From: Nostoc sp.
GTDB taxonomy: Bacteria; Cyanobacteriota; Cyanobacteriia; Cyanobacteriales; Nostocaceae
DNA length: 50,557 nucleotides
Direction of reading: 5' to 3'
Assembly: GCA_036918135.1 (NCBI GenBank)
Contig: JBALDB010000059.1
Span: 1-50,557, forward strand
Part shown: in pieces, positions 11,263-21,403 of the stretch
How positions within the stretch are numbered: the first letter of the stretch is position 1
Layout of the letters: each line of letters starts with the position of its first letter
Position numbers and translations under genes: made by a program
The notes under the pieces: model-generated
What the model saw: the letters and a program-made list of their open reading frames with translations, nothing else
Databases searched by the model: none
Told to the model about the DNA's origin: nothing

Positions 11263-12774
11263 ATGAAAGAAGAGCTCAATATCCTAATTCAAGCTCAATA
11301 CCCTTTAATCTACCTTGTGACCTCCGAGGAAGAGCGGGCTGAGCAAGCAATTTCCGCGACCGCCCAATCGTTAAAGCCCCAGCGCCGAGTATTTGTTTGG
11401 ACAGTAACACACGGCATTGTGGAGTACGGTCAACCCAGGAATGTCACCCAACATAATACCGTATCTCCAGAGGCAGCGATTGAGTGGATCATCCGGCAAA
11501 AAGAACCCAGTATATTTATTCTTAAAGATTTACATCCATTTATTGATGCGCCTGCAACCACGAGATCGTTACGCGATGCAATCGCCAGTTTCAAAGGTAC
11601 TCAGAAGAACATCATTTTGATGTCACCAATGCAGCAAGTACCTATAGAATTGGAAAAGGAAGTTGTAGTCCTCGACTTTCGCCTGCCAGATATGGCTGAG
11701 TTGAATAAAGTATTAACTTATCATCTAGACCAACATCGTGGGCGGCGGTTGACGACAGAGGCTAGAGAAAAACTTCTTAGGGCAGCTTTGGGTTTAACTA
11801 AAGATGAAGCTGAGAAAGTCTACCGAAAGGCGCAGGTAACTACGGGGCGCTTGACAGAAGATGAAGTAGATATAGTTTTATCTGAGAAAAAGCAACTAAT
11901 TCGGCGCAATGGGATCTTAGAGTACATTGAAGAGGATGAAACCATTGATGCTGTTGGTGGCTTAGAAGAGTTAAAAAAATGGCTCAAGCAGCGTTCTAAC
12001 GCATTCACAGAAAGAGCGAGAGAATATGGTTTGCCTCAACCAAAAGGGATGTTAATTCTAGGGGTTCCCGGTTGTGGTAAGTCATTAATTGCCAAAACTA
12101 CTTCTCGCCTGTGGGGTTTACCACTATTGCGGTTAGACATGGGGCGAGTTTACGACGGCTCAATGGTGGGACGAAGTGAAGCAAACTTGCGTAACGCCCT
12201 AAAAACAGCAGAATCTATTTCCCCAGCGATATTGTTTATCGACGAGTTAGATAAGTCTTTTGCTGGTAGTGCTGGCTCCTCTGATTCTGATGGAGGGACT
12301 TCTAGCAGAATCTTCGGTTCTTTCCTAACATGGATGCAAGATAAAAAATCTCCAGTATTTGTGATGGCAACCGCCAACCGAGTGGAAAGGTTACCTGGAG
12401 AATTTTTGAGGAAAGGACGCTTTGATGAAATTTTCTTTGTGGATTTGCCAACTCCAGAAGAACGTCAAGATATTTTTAATATTCACCTAACCAAGCGCCG
12501 CGAAGACATTTCTCGATTTGACCTTGAGCAACTAGCTAAGATGTCCGATGGCTTTTCTGGGGCAGAAATTGAGCAAGCGATTGTTGCGGCGATGTATGAA
12601 GCTTTCGCCCAAGATCGGGAGTTCACCCAACTAGATATTATTGCTGCACTGAAGGCAACATTGCCGCTGTCTCGAACGATGCAAGAACAGGTAACGGCCC
12701 TGAGAGATTGGGCCAGACAGCGAGCGCGCCCCGCAGCATCCTCCGTTGCTGAATATCAGCGAATGGAGTTTTAA
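11263..12774 (+). CDS. ycf46: Ycf46-family AAA+ ATPase (Slr0374-like)
   Basis: Walker A GVPGCGKS, Walker B LFIDE, RKGRFDE arginine finger; 503 aa. Confidence 0.9.
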   Translation: MKEELNILIQAQYPLIYLVTSEEERAEQAISATAQSLKPQRRVFVWTVTHGIVEYGQPRNVTQHNTVSPEAAIEWIIRQKEPSIFILKDLHPFIDAPATTRSLRDAIASFKGTQKNIILMSPMQQVPIELEKEVVVLDFRLPDMAELNKVLTYHLDQHRGRRLTTEAREKLLRAALGLTKDEAEKVYRKAQVTTGRLTEDEVDIVLSEKKQLIRRNGILEYIEEDETIDAVGGLEELKKWLKQRSNAFTERAREYGLPQPKGMLILGVPGCGKSLIAKTTSRLWGLPLLRLDMGRVYDGSMVGRSEANLRNALKTAESISPAILFIDELDKSFAGSAGSSDSDGGTSSRIFGSFLTWMQDKKSPVFVMATANRVERLPGEFLRKGRFDEIFFVDLPTPEERQDIFNIHLTKRREDISRFDLEQLAKMSDGFSGAEIEQAIVAAMYEAFAQDREFTQLDIIAALKATLPLSRTMQEQVTALRDWARQRARPAASSVAEYQRMEF

Positions 12775-12914
12775 AAGCTTTCCTCTGCCATCCCAGGGGG
12801 AAAGGCTAGCTTTAATGCTAGCAGTTATGAAAAAAGCCGCCTCCTGCTAAGTGCGGCTTCGCCCAAAACAAACCGTTGTCGTATTTCTCAATCTTCTCAT
12901 TGGAGGAAACCCAA

Positions 12915-13265
12915 ATGTCTCACTTTAGCACCCTGCGTACCAAGATCACCGATGCAGAAATCCTCAAAGCTTCTTTGCGCGACCTCGGTATCAGCGTAAA
13001 GACTGAAGCTGATGTCCGTGGTTATAACGGTCAGCGCGTTCGTTCTGACATCGTTGCCGTGTTGGATGGCGAATATGACCTCGGCTGGTCTCGCAATAGC
13101 GATGGTTCTTTTGACCTCATCGCTGACCTGTGGGGCGTTGCTAAGAAGCACAACCAAACCGAGTTAATCAACTCGATTAACCAAAAATATGCTGTTAACA
13201 AGACCTTGGCTGAAGTAAAACAGCGCGGTCTGCAAAACGCCAATGTGAAGTTGGTATTGCAATAA
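12915..13265 (+). CDS. DUF1257/Ycf35-family protein (Slr0376-like)
   Basis: MSHFSTLRTKI...VRGYNGQ...YDLGWSRN..FDLIADLW; GGAGG ribosome-binding site at 12902-12906. Confidence 0.9.
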   Translation: MSHFSTLRTKITDAEILKASLRDLGISVKTEADVRGYNGQRVRSDIVAVLDGEYDLGWSRNSDGSFDLIADLWGVAKKHNQTELINSINQKYAVNKTLAEVKQRGLQNANVKLVLQ

Positions 13266-13293
13266 CAATTTCTCTGCGCGTTCCCAAAGCTGC

Positions 13294-13332
13294 ACGGGTT
13301 AACTAGACATTAGCGGTTAGCCCGCTTTTTTT
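13294..13332 (+). terminator. Putative intrinsic terminator
   Basis: CGGGTTAAC...GTTAGCCCG stem followed by a T7 tract. Confidence 0.65.
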
Positions 13333-13371
13333 CAGGACTGAGATTTGTTTCTCAGTCCCTATTTTAATGGT

Positions 13372-13758
13372 TTATGATTTATTGTGCCCAAAACGGAGAA
13401 TCACTCCCTTCTTACCCTGAAGATAAATTGATCTTGGTACGGGTGTGTAATTCAGAGGTGGCTTATAGTAACTTATAGACTGCCTTTCCAACCTCATTAG
13501 AACCTCTCTCAAATTTGAGATTTTAGCTAATACATCCTCTGCTAAAATACGGTAATATATTACAGGATTTTCAATTTTGTCAAACTGTACTTGGCGATGA
13601 TGGTTTAGGTGGCGCTTTTTTAAGTTATGTGCAAGACCAATATACATAACTGGGCAATTATGATTACCCACATAATAAATTCCAGGTGCTGATGGCAGTT
13701 TTCTGCGCTGAATGTAGGATAAAACTGGCATATGCCTATAGTTTAGATTTAACTTCAT
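13372..13758 (-). CDS. GIY-YIG nuclease family protein
   Basis: PGIYYV...MYIGLAHNLKKRH...E...PPLN motif set. Confidence 0.8.
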   Translation of the reverse strand: MKLNLNYRHMPVLSYIQRRKLPSAPGIYYVGNHNCPVMYIGLAHNLKKRHLNHHRQVQFDKIENPVIYYRILAEDVLAKISNLREVLMRLERQSISYYKPPLNYTPVPRSIYLQGKKGVILRFGHNKS

Positions 13759-14002
13759 AATTTTTTATTTTTATCTAGTAATACAAAAGTTGCTCGCTAA
13801 CTTAGTTTGCCCATAATTTAGTAACTGTAAGTGAGAATGAAGAGCAGTATTTACAACATTGGTGACTACCCAAATCATTATTACCCTGCCAAACGAGATT
13901 TACCAATGTGCAGAACGCTTCGCACGATTGGTAAATCCCGATGTTAGCAGCATTTTAGTAGAATTTAATTTTTCACCAAATCTGAATTAAGAGGAATTCC
14001 TG

Positions 14003-16285
14003 TTAGCGCCGACTGCGAAAACCCTGTTTTCCATTAACTTGGTCAAACAGTACATCGTATTTATCAAAAAATGCAATTCCTGGATTTACAAATATATTTA
14101 ATTGTGATTGTGGCGAGATACTCAAATTCCAGCGATTAAATCCCTCGCGAGTTCCTGGTATTAGACTGTAATCAAAAACACCATTCATTGCTACTTTTAC
14201 TGTATTTGCTGAACTTAATACTCCTGGTTTGAGTTTACCTGCTGTAGAAGCTGACTTAAATTCAGTCAAACCATTAATAGTTCCAGTATCAGCGATCGCT
14301 GTGCTATTACAAGAATTTTTAGCAGAACTCCCAGCAAGAGTTAAACAAACTTTGCCTAGTCGAGAGTCCCATCTGTTACCAGGTACACCATTAATTTCGG
14401 GTTGTTGACTCCAAGAAGCCATTTTGAAACCTGCTTGATTCTGGGCAGTTAAACCGAGAATTAGACTACCATTTTTGTTACTACCACCATTTCCCATGAC
14501 GATAAATCCGTTACTCAGATTGCCTGGTAATTTTCTCAACGGGTTATAGGGAAGTGACTTTTCAAAATAGTTGACACCGATAATACCAGAAAATGGCGCA
14601 CCATTCTTTGCCGAACAATTAGGTTTTTGGGCAGTACATTGGCGACTAGTAACAACCTGTACGGGAACAGGTTCGGCGGCAGGAATCAATCCAAACCGGA
14701 CATTAGTATAAACTAATTCACCCTCTAGGATAGTACCATCACTTAAGACCTCCTTGATATTTTGACCTGTTTTTTGGATGGGAGCATTACCTAAAAACTC
14801 TTTGGGAACTCTTAGCCCTGCTGAGCCTGTATCTAATAAAATACGTTTTGGCTGACCATTCGCGATCGCCACTTCTAGAAAATAGCCGCGAACGCGTTGA
14901 CCGAGGGAAGGTTTTGGATATAAAGGTAAGGATGCAGTGTCAAAAGTTGGCTTGCGGGGTGTATTTTGAGAGATGTCGCGCCGCACTGAATTGGGAAAAA
15001 GAGCCGCAAATACTGACTGACGTTGCGCTGCTGGTTCAGGGGCAATATCCCAAAGGCTTTCGTAGTAGAAAAAGCCGATACCTAAACCGCGTTGTTGGGT
15101 TGCTTCTACCTGGGATTGGATTTGTGGTATGGAAACTGGGCGATTTCGTAACCCAGCCATAATACCGATACCAGTTGGAATAAATTGTTGGGTTTCTAAA
15201 ATTTCTGGGCGAGTAATTTGAGCGATAAAACTTTCTAAATCATTACGGTACACCTGCATCAGCAACTCATCGACAATACCTAACCTTACCCAGTTGAGCC
15301 AATCTTGCAGTTGCAGCTTGTAAGCAAAATCATAGTAATTGGGAGCAACTGAGAAGATAGCATTTGGTTTTCGGGCTTTCACAGTTTGGTAAAGGTCTAT
15401 CATGAAGGCAGTAATTTTATCTGCTCGCCATTTTATCCATGCTTGGGCTTGGGGATTAGCTGGAGGTGGATTCCCTGTTTCTTGAGTATATAGACTAATT
15501 GTGTACTTATCGTAACCAAAATCTACAGGTAAACTCATATGGTCGTCAAATTGAACGCCATCAGCATCGTATAGAGTCATTACTTCCATCACGAGTCCGC
15601 GGATAAAGTTTTGCACTTCCGGATGAAAGGGATTCAACCACGCTACTTCACCCGCAGCACTAATTGAAGTTTGAGTTCCATCTGGCTTTTGTGTGAGCCA
15701 ATCTGGATGCAAAGATGTCAATTCCGAAGTTAAAGGAACCATGAAACCAAATTCAAACCAGGGTATTGCTAGTAGTCCTTGGCTGCGGGCTTGAGTAATA
15801 ATGTCTGCAATTACATCTTGTCCATCTGTTCCTTTGAAGAAAAAGGGAATACCCATTTTCTGCATTATGGCGCTGGGGTATTGTGTATAACCATCATTCC
15901 AAACTACGGGGTAAACAGTATTAAAGTTTAACTGCCGCAATTGGCTCATGGCGGCTTGTACCTGTGAACGATTTCTAAAAACGCTAAAATCGTTACCACT
16001 CAGCCACACACCCCGAATTTCTTGACGAGGTTGAGCAGGTAACTGGGCAACAGCAGGGGCAAAGCTGTTGAGTAGCAATACCGCAAAGAATGATATCAGA
16101 CATAATAATGGCAGCAGACGCTTTTTGAAATGCCACCAAACTCGATGAATCAAAGACGATATCTGTTGATTCGCTATCCCAAGCTTGCTTAGACCTAGTA
16201 GTAGCCATCTGTGCCCAAACTTAAATAGTAAGTTAATTAGAGTTGGATTAATTTCTCTGCTTTTTTCCCAAAACTGAGTTGCCAT
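14003..16285 (-). CDS. GHL10/DUF187 glycoside hydrolase fused to a C-terminal pepsin-like (DUF3443-like) domain
   Basis: EIRGVWL, NTVYPVVW, PWFEFG, WLNPFHPEVQ and DGVQFDDH (GHL10); C-terminal LLDTGSAG and IADTGT paired aspartyl motifs, ending FFDKYDVLFD. The true start may be downstream of 16285. Confidence 0.85.
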   Translation of the reverse strand: MATQFWEKSREINPTLINLLFKFGHRWLLLGLSKLGIANQQISSLIHRVWWHFKKRLLPLLCLISFFAVLLLNSFAPAVAQLPAQPRQEIRGVWLSGNDFSVFRNRSQVQAAMSQLRQLNFNTVYPVVWNDGYTQYPSAIMQKMGIPFFFKGTDGQDVIADIITQARSQGLLAIPWFEFGFMVPLTSELTSLHPDWLTQKPDGTQTSISAAGEVAWLNPFHPEVQNFIRGLVMEVMTLYDADGVQFDDHMSLPVDFGYDKYTISLYTQETGNPPPANPQAQAWIKWRADKITAFMIDLYQTVKARKPNAIFSVAPNYYDFAYKLQLQDWLNWVRLGIVDELLMQVYRNDLESFIAQITRPEILETQQFIPTGIGIMAGLRNRPVSIPQIQSQVEATQQRGLGIGFFYYESLWDIAPEPAAQRQSVFAALFPNSVRRDISQNTPRKPTFDTASLPLYPKPSLGQRVRGYFLEVAIANGQPKRILLDTGSAGLRVPKEFLGNAPIQKTGQNIKEVLSDGTILEGELVYTNVRFGLIPAAEPVPVQVVTSRQCTAQKPNCSAKNGAPFSGIIGVNYFEKSLPYNPLRKLPGNLSNGFIVMGNGGSNKNGSLILGLTAQNQAGFKMASWSQQPEINGVPGNRWDSRLGKVCLTLAGSSAKNSCNSTAIADTGTINGLTEFKSASTAGKLKPGVLSSANTVKVAMNGVFDYSLIPGTREGFNRWNLSISPQSQLNIFVNPGIAFFDKYDVLFDQVNGKQGFRSRR

Positions 16286-16450
16286 TATTTCTGCTTACTC
16301 AACGCCGCTATAATTGGTTATATTTCATTTCACATAAATGTTAAATTACTGTACCAGGAAAACTCATACAGTAATTTAGCAGCAAGATAGTTGACGCAGC
16401 GATCGCCTTAGTGGTGCCAAATATAAATCTTTTAAATGTAAGCTCTAGTT

Positions 16451-16544
16451 ATATCATGACCGCTTAATTACTTGTATTTCAAAATTTTTTGCGTTTCCCT
16501 GTCTTTATGTAAGTCCTAATTATAAGTATTCAACCGGACATGAT
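16451..16544. mobile_element. Short MITE-like element (ATCATG.CCG...CCGGACATGAT termini)
   Basis: Imperfect terminal inverted repeats; same family as 37304-37399. Confidence 0.5.
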
Positions 16545-16630
16545 TAGTCAATAGTCGCTTCCTAGCTGCTTTTAGTTTTTGCAAGCATCTCAGCTCAATG
16601 CTCTATTTCTTAAAAGTTTTGTCTTTTTGG

Positions 16631-17236
16631 TTACCAAACTTGACTTAAATCTAAAACAAACCCAGCTAGCAATGGTTCCCCACTCAGCGTCTTAGGGTTA
16701 TCTAATATCTCAACCTTAGTATTTGGACGATAAATAAAAACTTGGCGTTGTTCTCTATCAATTAACCAACCGAGTTGTGTGCCATTATCAACATACTCTT
16801 GCATTTTGTCTTGCAAAATTCGTAGGTTATCAGTCTCAGAACGCAATTCAATCACAAATTCCGGACAAATCGGTGCAAATTTTTTTCGTAGTTCTGCTGG
16901 TATTGCTTGCCAACGCGTGCGTTTTATCCACGCTGCATCAGGCGATCGGACTGCACCATTAGGTAAAGTAAACCCACCACTGGAACCAAAGCCTACACCT
17001 GTACCATCTTGCTTTGTCCAAATACCCAACTGAACAATAATGTCAAAGTTACATTGATCGGTTTCAGAACCAGTAGGGGGCATAATCACTAATTCTCCAA
17101 CAGCATTGCGTTCGATGCGAAAATCACGGTTGAGTTGACAAAAATCATAAAACTGATTGTCGGTCATGGCGATCGCAGGTTGCAATTGCAAAACAATTGG
17201 TACAATCTCTGTGACTACAGGTAAGTTGGTGGTCAT
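16631..17236 (-). CDS. Uma2-family (DUF820) putative endonuclease
   Basis: RIERNAVGELVIMPP, RSPDAAW, PEFVIELRS and LGWLID motifs. Confidence 0.93.
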   Translation of the reverse strand: MTTNLPVVTEIVPIVLQLQPAIAMTDNQFYDFCQLNRDFRIERNAVGELVIMPPTGSETDQCNFDIIVQLGIWTKQDGTGVGFGSSGGFTLPNGAVRSPDAAWIKRTRWQAIPAELRKKFAPICPEFVIELRSETDNLRILQDKMQEYVDNGTQLGWLIDREQRQVFIYRPNTKVEILDNPKTLSGEPLLAGFVLDLSQVW

Positions 17237-17308
17237 AATTGCTTTGTGGCTACTTCACCTGCCTTAACTATAATCTCTCGGCAATCTAGGGTGGAATCAG
17301 GTTAACTC

Positions 17309-17989
17309 ATGAAGATTGGAATTGTTGGCACTGGAAACATGGGACGCTCTCTAGGTATTCTCTGGGCAGAGCAGGGGCATGAAGTATTTTTTGGCTCCCG
17401 CAATCCCGAAAAAGGAAAAGCAACGGCAGAGTTCGCCAAACATGGGACGCAAGGTGGTACAAACGAACAGGCGGTGGCGTTTGCTGATGTAATTCTGTGG
17501 ACAGCACGCAGCATTATGCCCAAACAGTTGCTTTCTCAGCCTGAAGTTCTCAGTAGTAAAATTATTATTGATTGTAATAATCAAGATATTCCTGAAGGAT
17601 TTGCTTATCCTCCAATATTAGAATCCCTAGCCGAAAAGCTTGCTCAAGATGTACCTCAGGCACGGGTAGTAAAAGCTTTTAATACGATGGCGCAAGAAGT
17701 TTTTGAATTAGCACCTGAACCGCTAAAAGATTATGGGGTTTCTGTTTTTGTTGCCGGAGATGATGAGCAAGCCAGAAAAACAGTGATGGGGCTTGCACAA
17801 GAAATAGGATTTTTAGCAGTAGATTGCGGTGTTTTACGCAATGCTCGATTGCTCGAAGGCTTAGGAGATTTTATTCGCTTGATTATAAGTGGCCAAAAAC
17901 AGGGTGCTTATGCAACTATCTCTGTTAATGTTTTACCTACAGCTTCAGGACAACGCTTAGGTGGACGGCAAACTTCGAGTTTGAATTAA
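17309..17989 (+). CDS. NADPH-dependent F420 reductase family oxidoreductase
   Basis: MKIGIVGTGNMG, GSRNPEK, IDCNN, VVKAFNT and AGDD motifs. Confidence 0.9.
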   Translation: MKIGIVGTGNMGRSLGILWAEQGHEVFFGSRNPEKGKATAEFAKHGTQGGTNEQAVAFADVILWTARSIMPKQLLSQPEVLSSKIIIDCNNQDIPEGFAYPPILESLAEKLAQDVPQARVVKAFNTMAQEVFELAPEPLKDYGVSVFVAGDDEQARKTVMGLAQEIGFLAVDCGVLRNARLLEGLGDFIRLIISGQKQGAYATISVNVLPTASGQRLGGRQTSSLN

Positions 17990-18075
17990 ATCAGATGTAC
18001 TTAAATAAACTAACTCGATTGTAATTGGCTAACAACTGGTAATACAAACATTAATCTCTCAAGGCAGACAAATAA

Positions 18076-20706
18076 TTAGTCAATCGACACAGTTCCATCC
18101 AAATTTTGCAAACCGATCGCAATCTTACTATGTTTTTCAATTTGCCCCATTACTTGTTTTGCTCGTTGAATCACTACCGCTGGTAAACCCGCCAATCTTC
18201 CGGCTTCAATTCCATAGGATTTATCAGCACCTCCTGGTTGGACTTGGTGCAAAAAGATAATTTGATCGGGTAATTCTTTGACTGTCACTTGATAGTTAGC
18301 CACATTCGGCAAAATGCTAGCTAGTTCATTTAACTCGTGGTAGTGAGTGGCAAAAATCGTTCGCGCCCGAATTTCTACTGCAATATATTCTGCCACCGCC
18401 CAAGCAATGGAAAGACCATCAAATGTTGCCGTTCCTCGACCAATTTCATCTAACAATACCAACGACCTAGATGTGGCATGGTTGAGAATATTTGCCGTTT
18501 CATTCATTTCTACCATAAATGTTGATTGACCAGTTGCCAAATCATCCACTGCACCGACACGGGTGAAAATGCGATCGCAGATTCCCAATCTGGCAAATCT
18601 AGCTGGGACAAAACTACCAATTTGCGCCATTAACTGAATCAATCCTACTTGACGCAAATAACAACTTTTGCCGCTAGCATTTGGCCCGGTGAGGATAATT
18701 AAATCGGGATTGTCATTTGTTGTTTGTCCTTGGTCTTCCGCTAATGACAAATGACTGATGACTGATGACTCTTGACCCAATTGCGTCGAATTCGGTACAA
18801 AGAACCCCGCAGGTAAAGACTGTTCTACCACCGGATGACGACCATCAACAACGTTGATTTCTCTTCCTGACAATATTTCTGGACGACAGTAACCTTGCTG
18901 CACGGCCAATTCAGCTAAACCACACAACACATCCGCTGCTGCGACTGCACGAGATAAATTACGAATTACTTCCGCCTGTACTGCTACTTCTTCGCGCAAT
19001 GCTGTAAAAATCTCATATTCTAACTGATTTAAATCATCGCGGGCTGTGAGAATTCGCGCTTCCCGTTCTTTCAAGTCGGGGGTGATGTAGCGTTCCTCAT
19101 TGGTCAGGGTTTGCTTACGGATGTAATTAGCGGGTACTTGGTCGGCTTTGGCGCGGGAAATACTGATATAGTAACCAAAGGTTTTATTGAATCCTACTTT
19201 TAATGTGGGAATTCCCGTCTTTGCTCTTTCGTCAACTTCCAAATTAGCAATCCATTGTTGGTCTGCTTCTACAGTTACTTTCCTGTCATCTAACGAGGAA
19301 TTTACGCCAGAACGAATCAATCCGCCTTCTTTTATATGTATTGGTGGCGACTCCACAAGATGGGCGTGTAATTTTTGTGCTAATTCTTCTAAAATTGACG
19401 GTACTTTTTGTAAAGCTTTCAAGAAAGGAGAACGCGTATCAGCAACTAAGTCGGATAGTTGCGGTAAGCGTGAGAGAGAATCTGCCAAAGCTGCTAAATC
19501 TCTAGCGTTAGCAGTACCAGAACCCGTCCTTCCCGTCAGTCGTTCCAAGTCATAAATTTGTCGTAACAACTGGCGTAAATCTTGGCGTAGGGGTGTATTT
19601 TCCATCAATTCTTCGATGGTATCTTGCCGCGCCCGAATGCCTTTAATATCGATTAGTGGTTGCAATAACCATCGTCGCAAAGCCCGCCCACCCATTGCTG
19701 TACTCGTTCTATCTAATGCCCAGAGTAGAGAACCATGAAATGTGCCATCACGTACAGTTTGAGTAATTTCCAGGTTACGGCGAGTTTGATTATCTACTAT
19801 TAAATAATCAGTAACAGTGTAAGTGCGGAGTCTCTGCAAACAAACTGGGTTTTCTTTTTGAGTATCTTCCAAGTATTCTAAAAGACCACCAGCCGCACGA
19901 ACGGCAAGGGGAAGATGGTCGCAACCGAGTCCTTCAAGCGATCGCACTTTAAATTTCTGCAATAATCTGGGTCTAGCTTCGCCTTGAGCAAAGGGAACTT
20001 GCGATCGCAAACTATAACAAAATGATGGCGGCAAACACTCCGGCAGATGTGGCGAAGTTTCTCCCGGACGCAGCAAGCTACCTAAATCAGGTGCATTTGT
20101 GGGAACTAGCACTTCTGAAGGTTGCAAGCGCATTAATTCTTGTGTCAAATGTTCTAAATCACTGCCTTGAGTGGTGAGAAATTCCCCTGTGGAGATATCT
20201 GCATAAGCTAAGCCCCAATGATTTGCGGCAATTACTACCGCCGCCAAGTAATTATTGCGACTTGATTTGAGCATTCCCTCTTCTAGCAAAGTGCCAGGAG
20301 TGAGGACGCGCGTTACCTCCCGCCGCACCAATCTCCCAGTAGCTTCGGCTGCATCTTCAACTTGGTCGCAAATTACTACTGCATACCCTTTTTCGACTAG
20401 CATTGTCGCGTAGCGTTCCCAAGCGTGATGCGGAACGCCGGACATGGCTACCCGTCCTTGTTCTCCGGCTTGCTTGCTGGTGAGGGCTAATTCTAATTCT
20501 TGCGCTAATTTGACAGCATCTTGGAAATAGCATTCAAAGAAATCTCCCACTCGATACAGCAACATCGCGTGAGGATATTTATCCTTCGTCTCGACATAGT
20601 GCAGGTACATTTGACTTAGCTTACTGCGGTCTACCTGTCGATGGTCAGAAATAAAAGTACTGGCATCAGCTTTGGTAGATGGAGTTTCAGAGTGAGAGGC
20701 AGTCAT
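18076..20706 (-). CDS. mutS: DNA mismatch repair protein MutS
   Basis: RVGDFFE mismatch-binding motif, [31 protein letters not shown] and SYGI motifs. Confidence 0.97.
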   Translation of the reverse strand: MTASHSETPSTKADASTFISDHRQVDRSKLSQMYLHYVETKDKYPHAMLLYRVGDFFECYFQDAVKLAQELELALTSKQAGEQGRVAMSGVPHHAWERYATMLVEKGYAVVICDQVEDAAEATGRLVRREVTRVLTPGTLLEEGMLKSSRNNYLAAVVIAANHWGLAYADISTGEFLTTQGSDLEHLTQELMRLQPSEVLVPTNAPDLGSLLRPGETSPHLPECLPPSFCYSLRSQVPFAQGEARPRLLQKFKVRSLEGLGCDHLPLAVRAAGGLLEYLEDTQKENPVCLQRLRTYTVTDYLIVDNQTRRNLEITQTVRDGTFHGSLLWALDRTSTAMGGRALRRWLLQPLIDIKGIRARQDTIEELMENTPLRQDLRQLLRQIYDLERLTGRTGSGTANARDLAALADSLSRLPQLSDLVADTRSPFLKALQKVPSILEELAQKLHAHLVESPPIHIKEGGLIRSGVNSSLDDRKVTVEADQQWIANLEVDERAKTGIPTLKVGFNKTFGYYISISRAKADQVPANYIRKQTLTNEERYITPDLKEREARILTARDDLNQLEYEIFTALREEVAVQAEVIRNLSRAVAAADVLCGLAELAVQQGYCRPEILSGREINVVDGRHPVVEQSLPAGFFVPNSTQLGQESSVISHLSLAEDQGQTTNDNPDLIILTGPNASGKSCYLRQVGLIQLMAQIGSFVPARFARLGICDRIFTRVGAVDDLATGQSTFMVEMNETANILNHATSRSLVLLDEIGRGTATFDGLSIAWAVAEYIAVEIRARTIFATHYHELNELASILPNVANYQVTVKELPDQIIFLHQVQPGGADKSYGIEAGRLAGLPAVVIQRAKQVMGQIEKHSKIAIGLQNLDGTVSID

Positions 20707-20773
20707 AGATGCTATCGAGTTACGCAGGGAAATTCCACAATATCTGATGGTAGCGTGATGTTAGAGGCAAAGA

Positions 20774-20879
20774 GCGATCGCTCAAGGTTTTTTTACCCTT
20801 CGTTATATTAGCTTGCTGACGCACCCATGATTGTAGTAAGTGTAGTGAAAAGGCGATCGCTCAAGGTTTTTTACTCTTT
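20774..20879. repeat. Pair of about 26-bp direct repeats, each beginning with HIP1
   Basis: GCGATCGCTCAAGGTTTTTT(T)AC[C/T]CTT at 20774 and 20853. The second copy overlaps the PIN gene stop codon. Confidence 0.8.
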
Positions 20880-21395
20880 TTTGCGACTGCTTCGACGCGT
20901 AGGTGCTGGGCTAACTGGTTCATAAGCTTTAAGTCCTCCATCACCCGTAAAAATTTCTACTTGAAATGTACTACTGGTTTTGGCGTAATATTCAGCCACA
21001 GTCTTAATTGTCGCATCTCCGATAGAAAACTTTCTAGATGCTAGAGTAGGCCATTCTGTGGCTAACTGTTTCAATTGTGTTGAATTCCAAAGTTCACCCA
21101 CTTGAGTTTCAAAAACTCCCCAAGGTATAACTCCATCTGCTACTTTCACTAAAATATCAGCGAAAGCTTGAGCAATTTCATATCGTTTAGAGTTAGCTTG
21201 TGCAATATGATTACCAGTTTCTATAATTGTCGCTATTGGTAGTATAAACTTTGCACCTTGTTTTTCTTCTTCCTGAAAACGAGCTTCAACTCTTTTTTGA
21301 TCCCATTTATCATTATCAGAACCACAAGTCTCTTTACCAGGGACACCTAAGTAAACACAAAGTATTGATGTATCAATAATTAAAACCTTTCTCAT
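20871..21395 (-). CDS. PIN-domain (VapC-like) putative ribonuclease
   Basis: IIDTSIL, ATIIETGN, SIGDATI and FTGDGGL give the four conserved acidic residues of PIN nucleases; 8 bp from the ATPase stop. Confidence 0.75.
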   Translation of the reverse strand: MRKVLIIDTSILCVYLGVPGKETCGSDNDKWDQKRVEARFQEEEKQGAKFILPIATIIETGNHIAQANSKRYEIAQAFADILVKVADGVIPWGVFETQVGELWNSTQLKQLATEWPTLASRKFSIGDATIKTVAEYYAKTSSTFQVEIFTGDGGLKAYEPVSPAPTRRSSRKKE

Positions 21396-21403
21396 ATTTC
21401 ATT

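Noticed and set aside
16631..17236. Uma2 gene as part of a defence system
   Set aside because: Uma2 paralogues are very numerous and scattered in cyanobacteria; no partner genes here.
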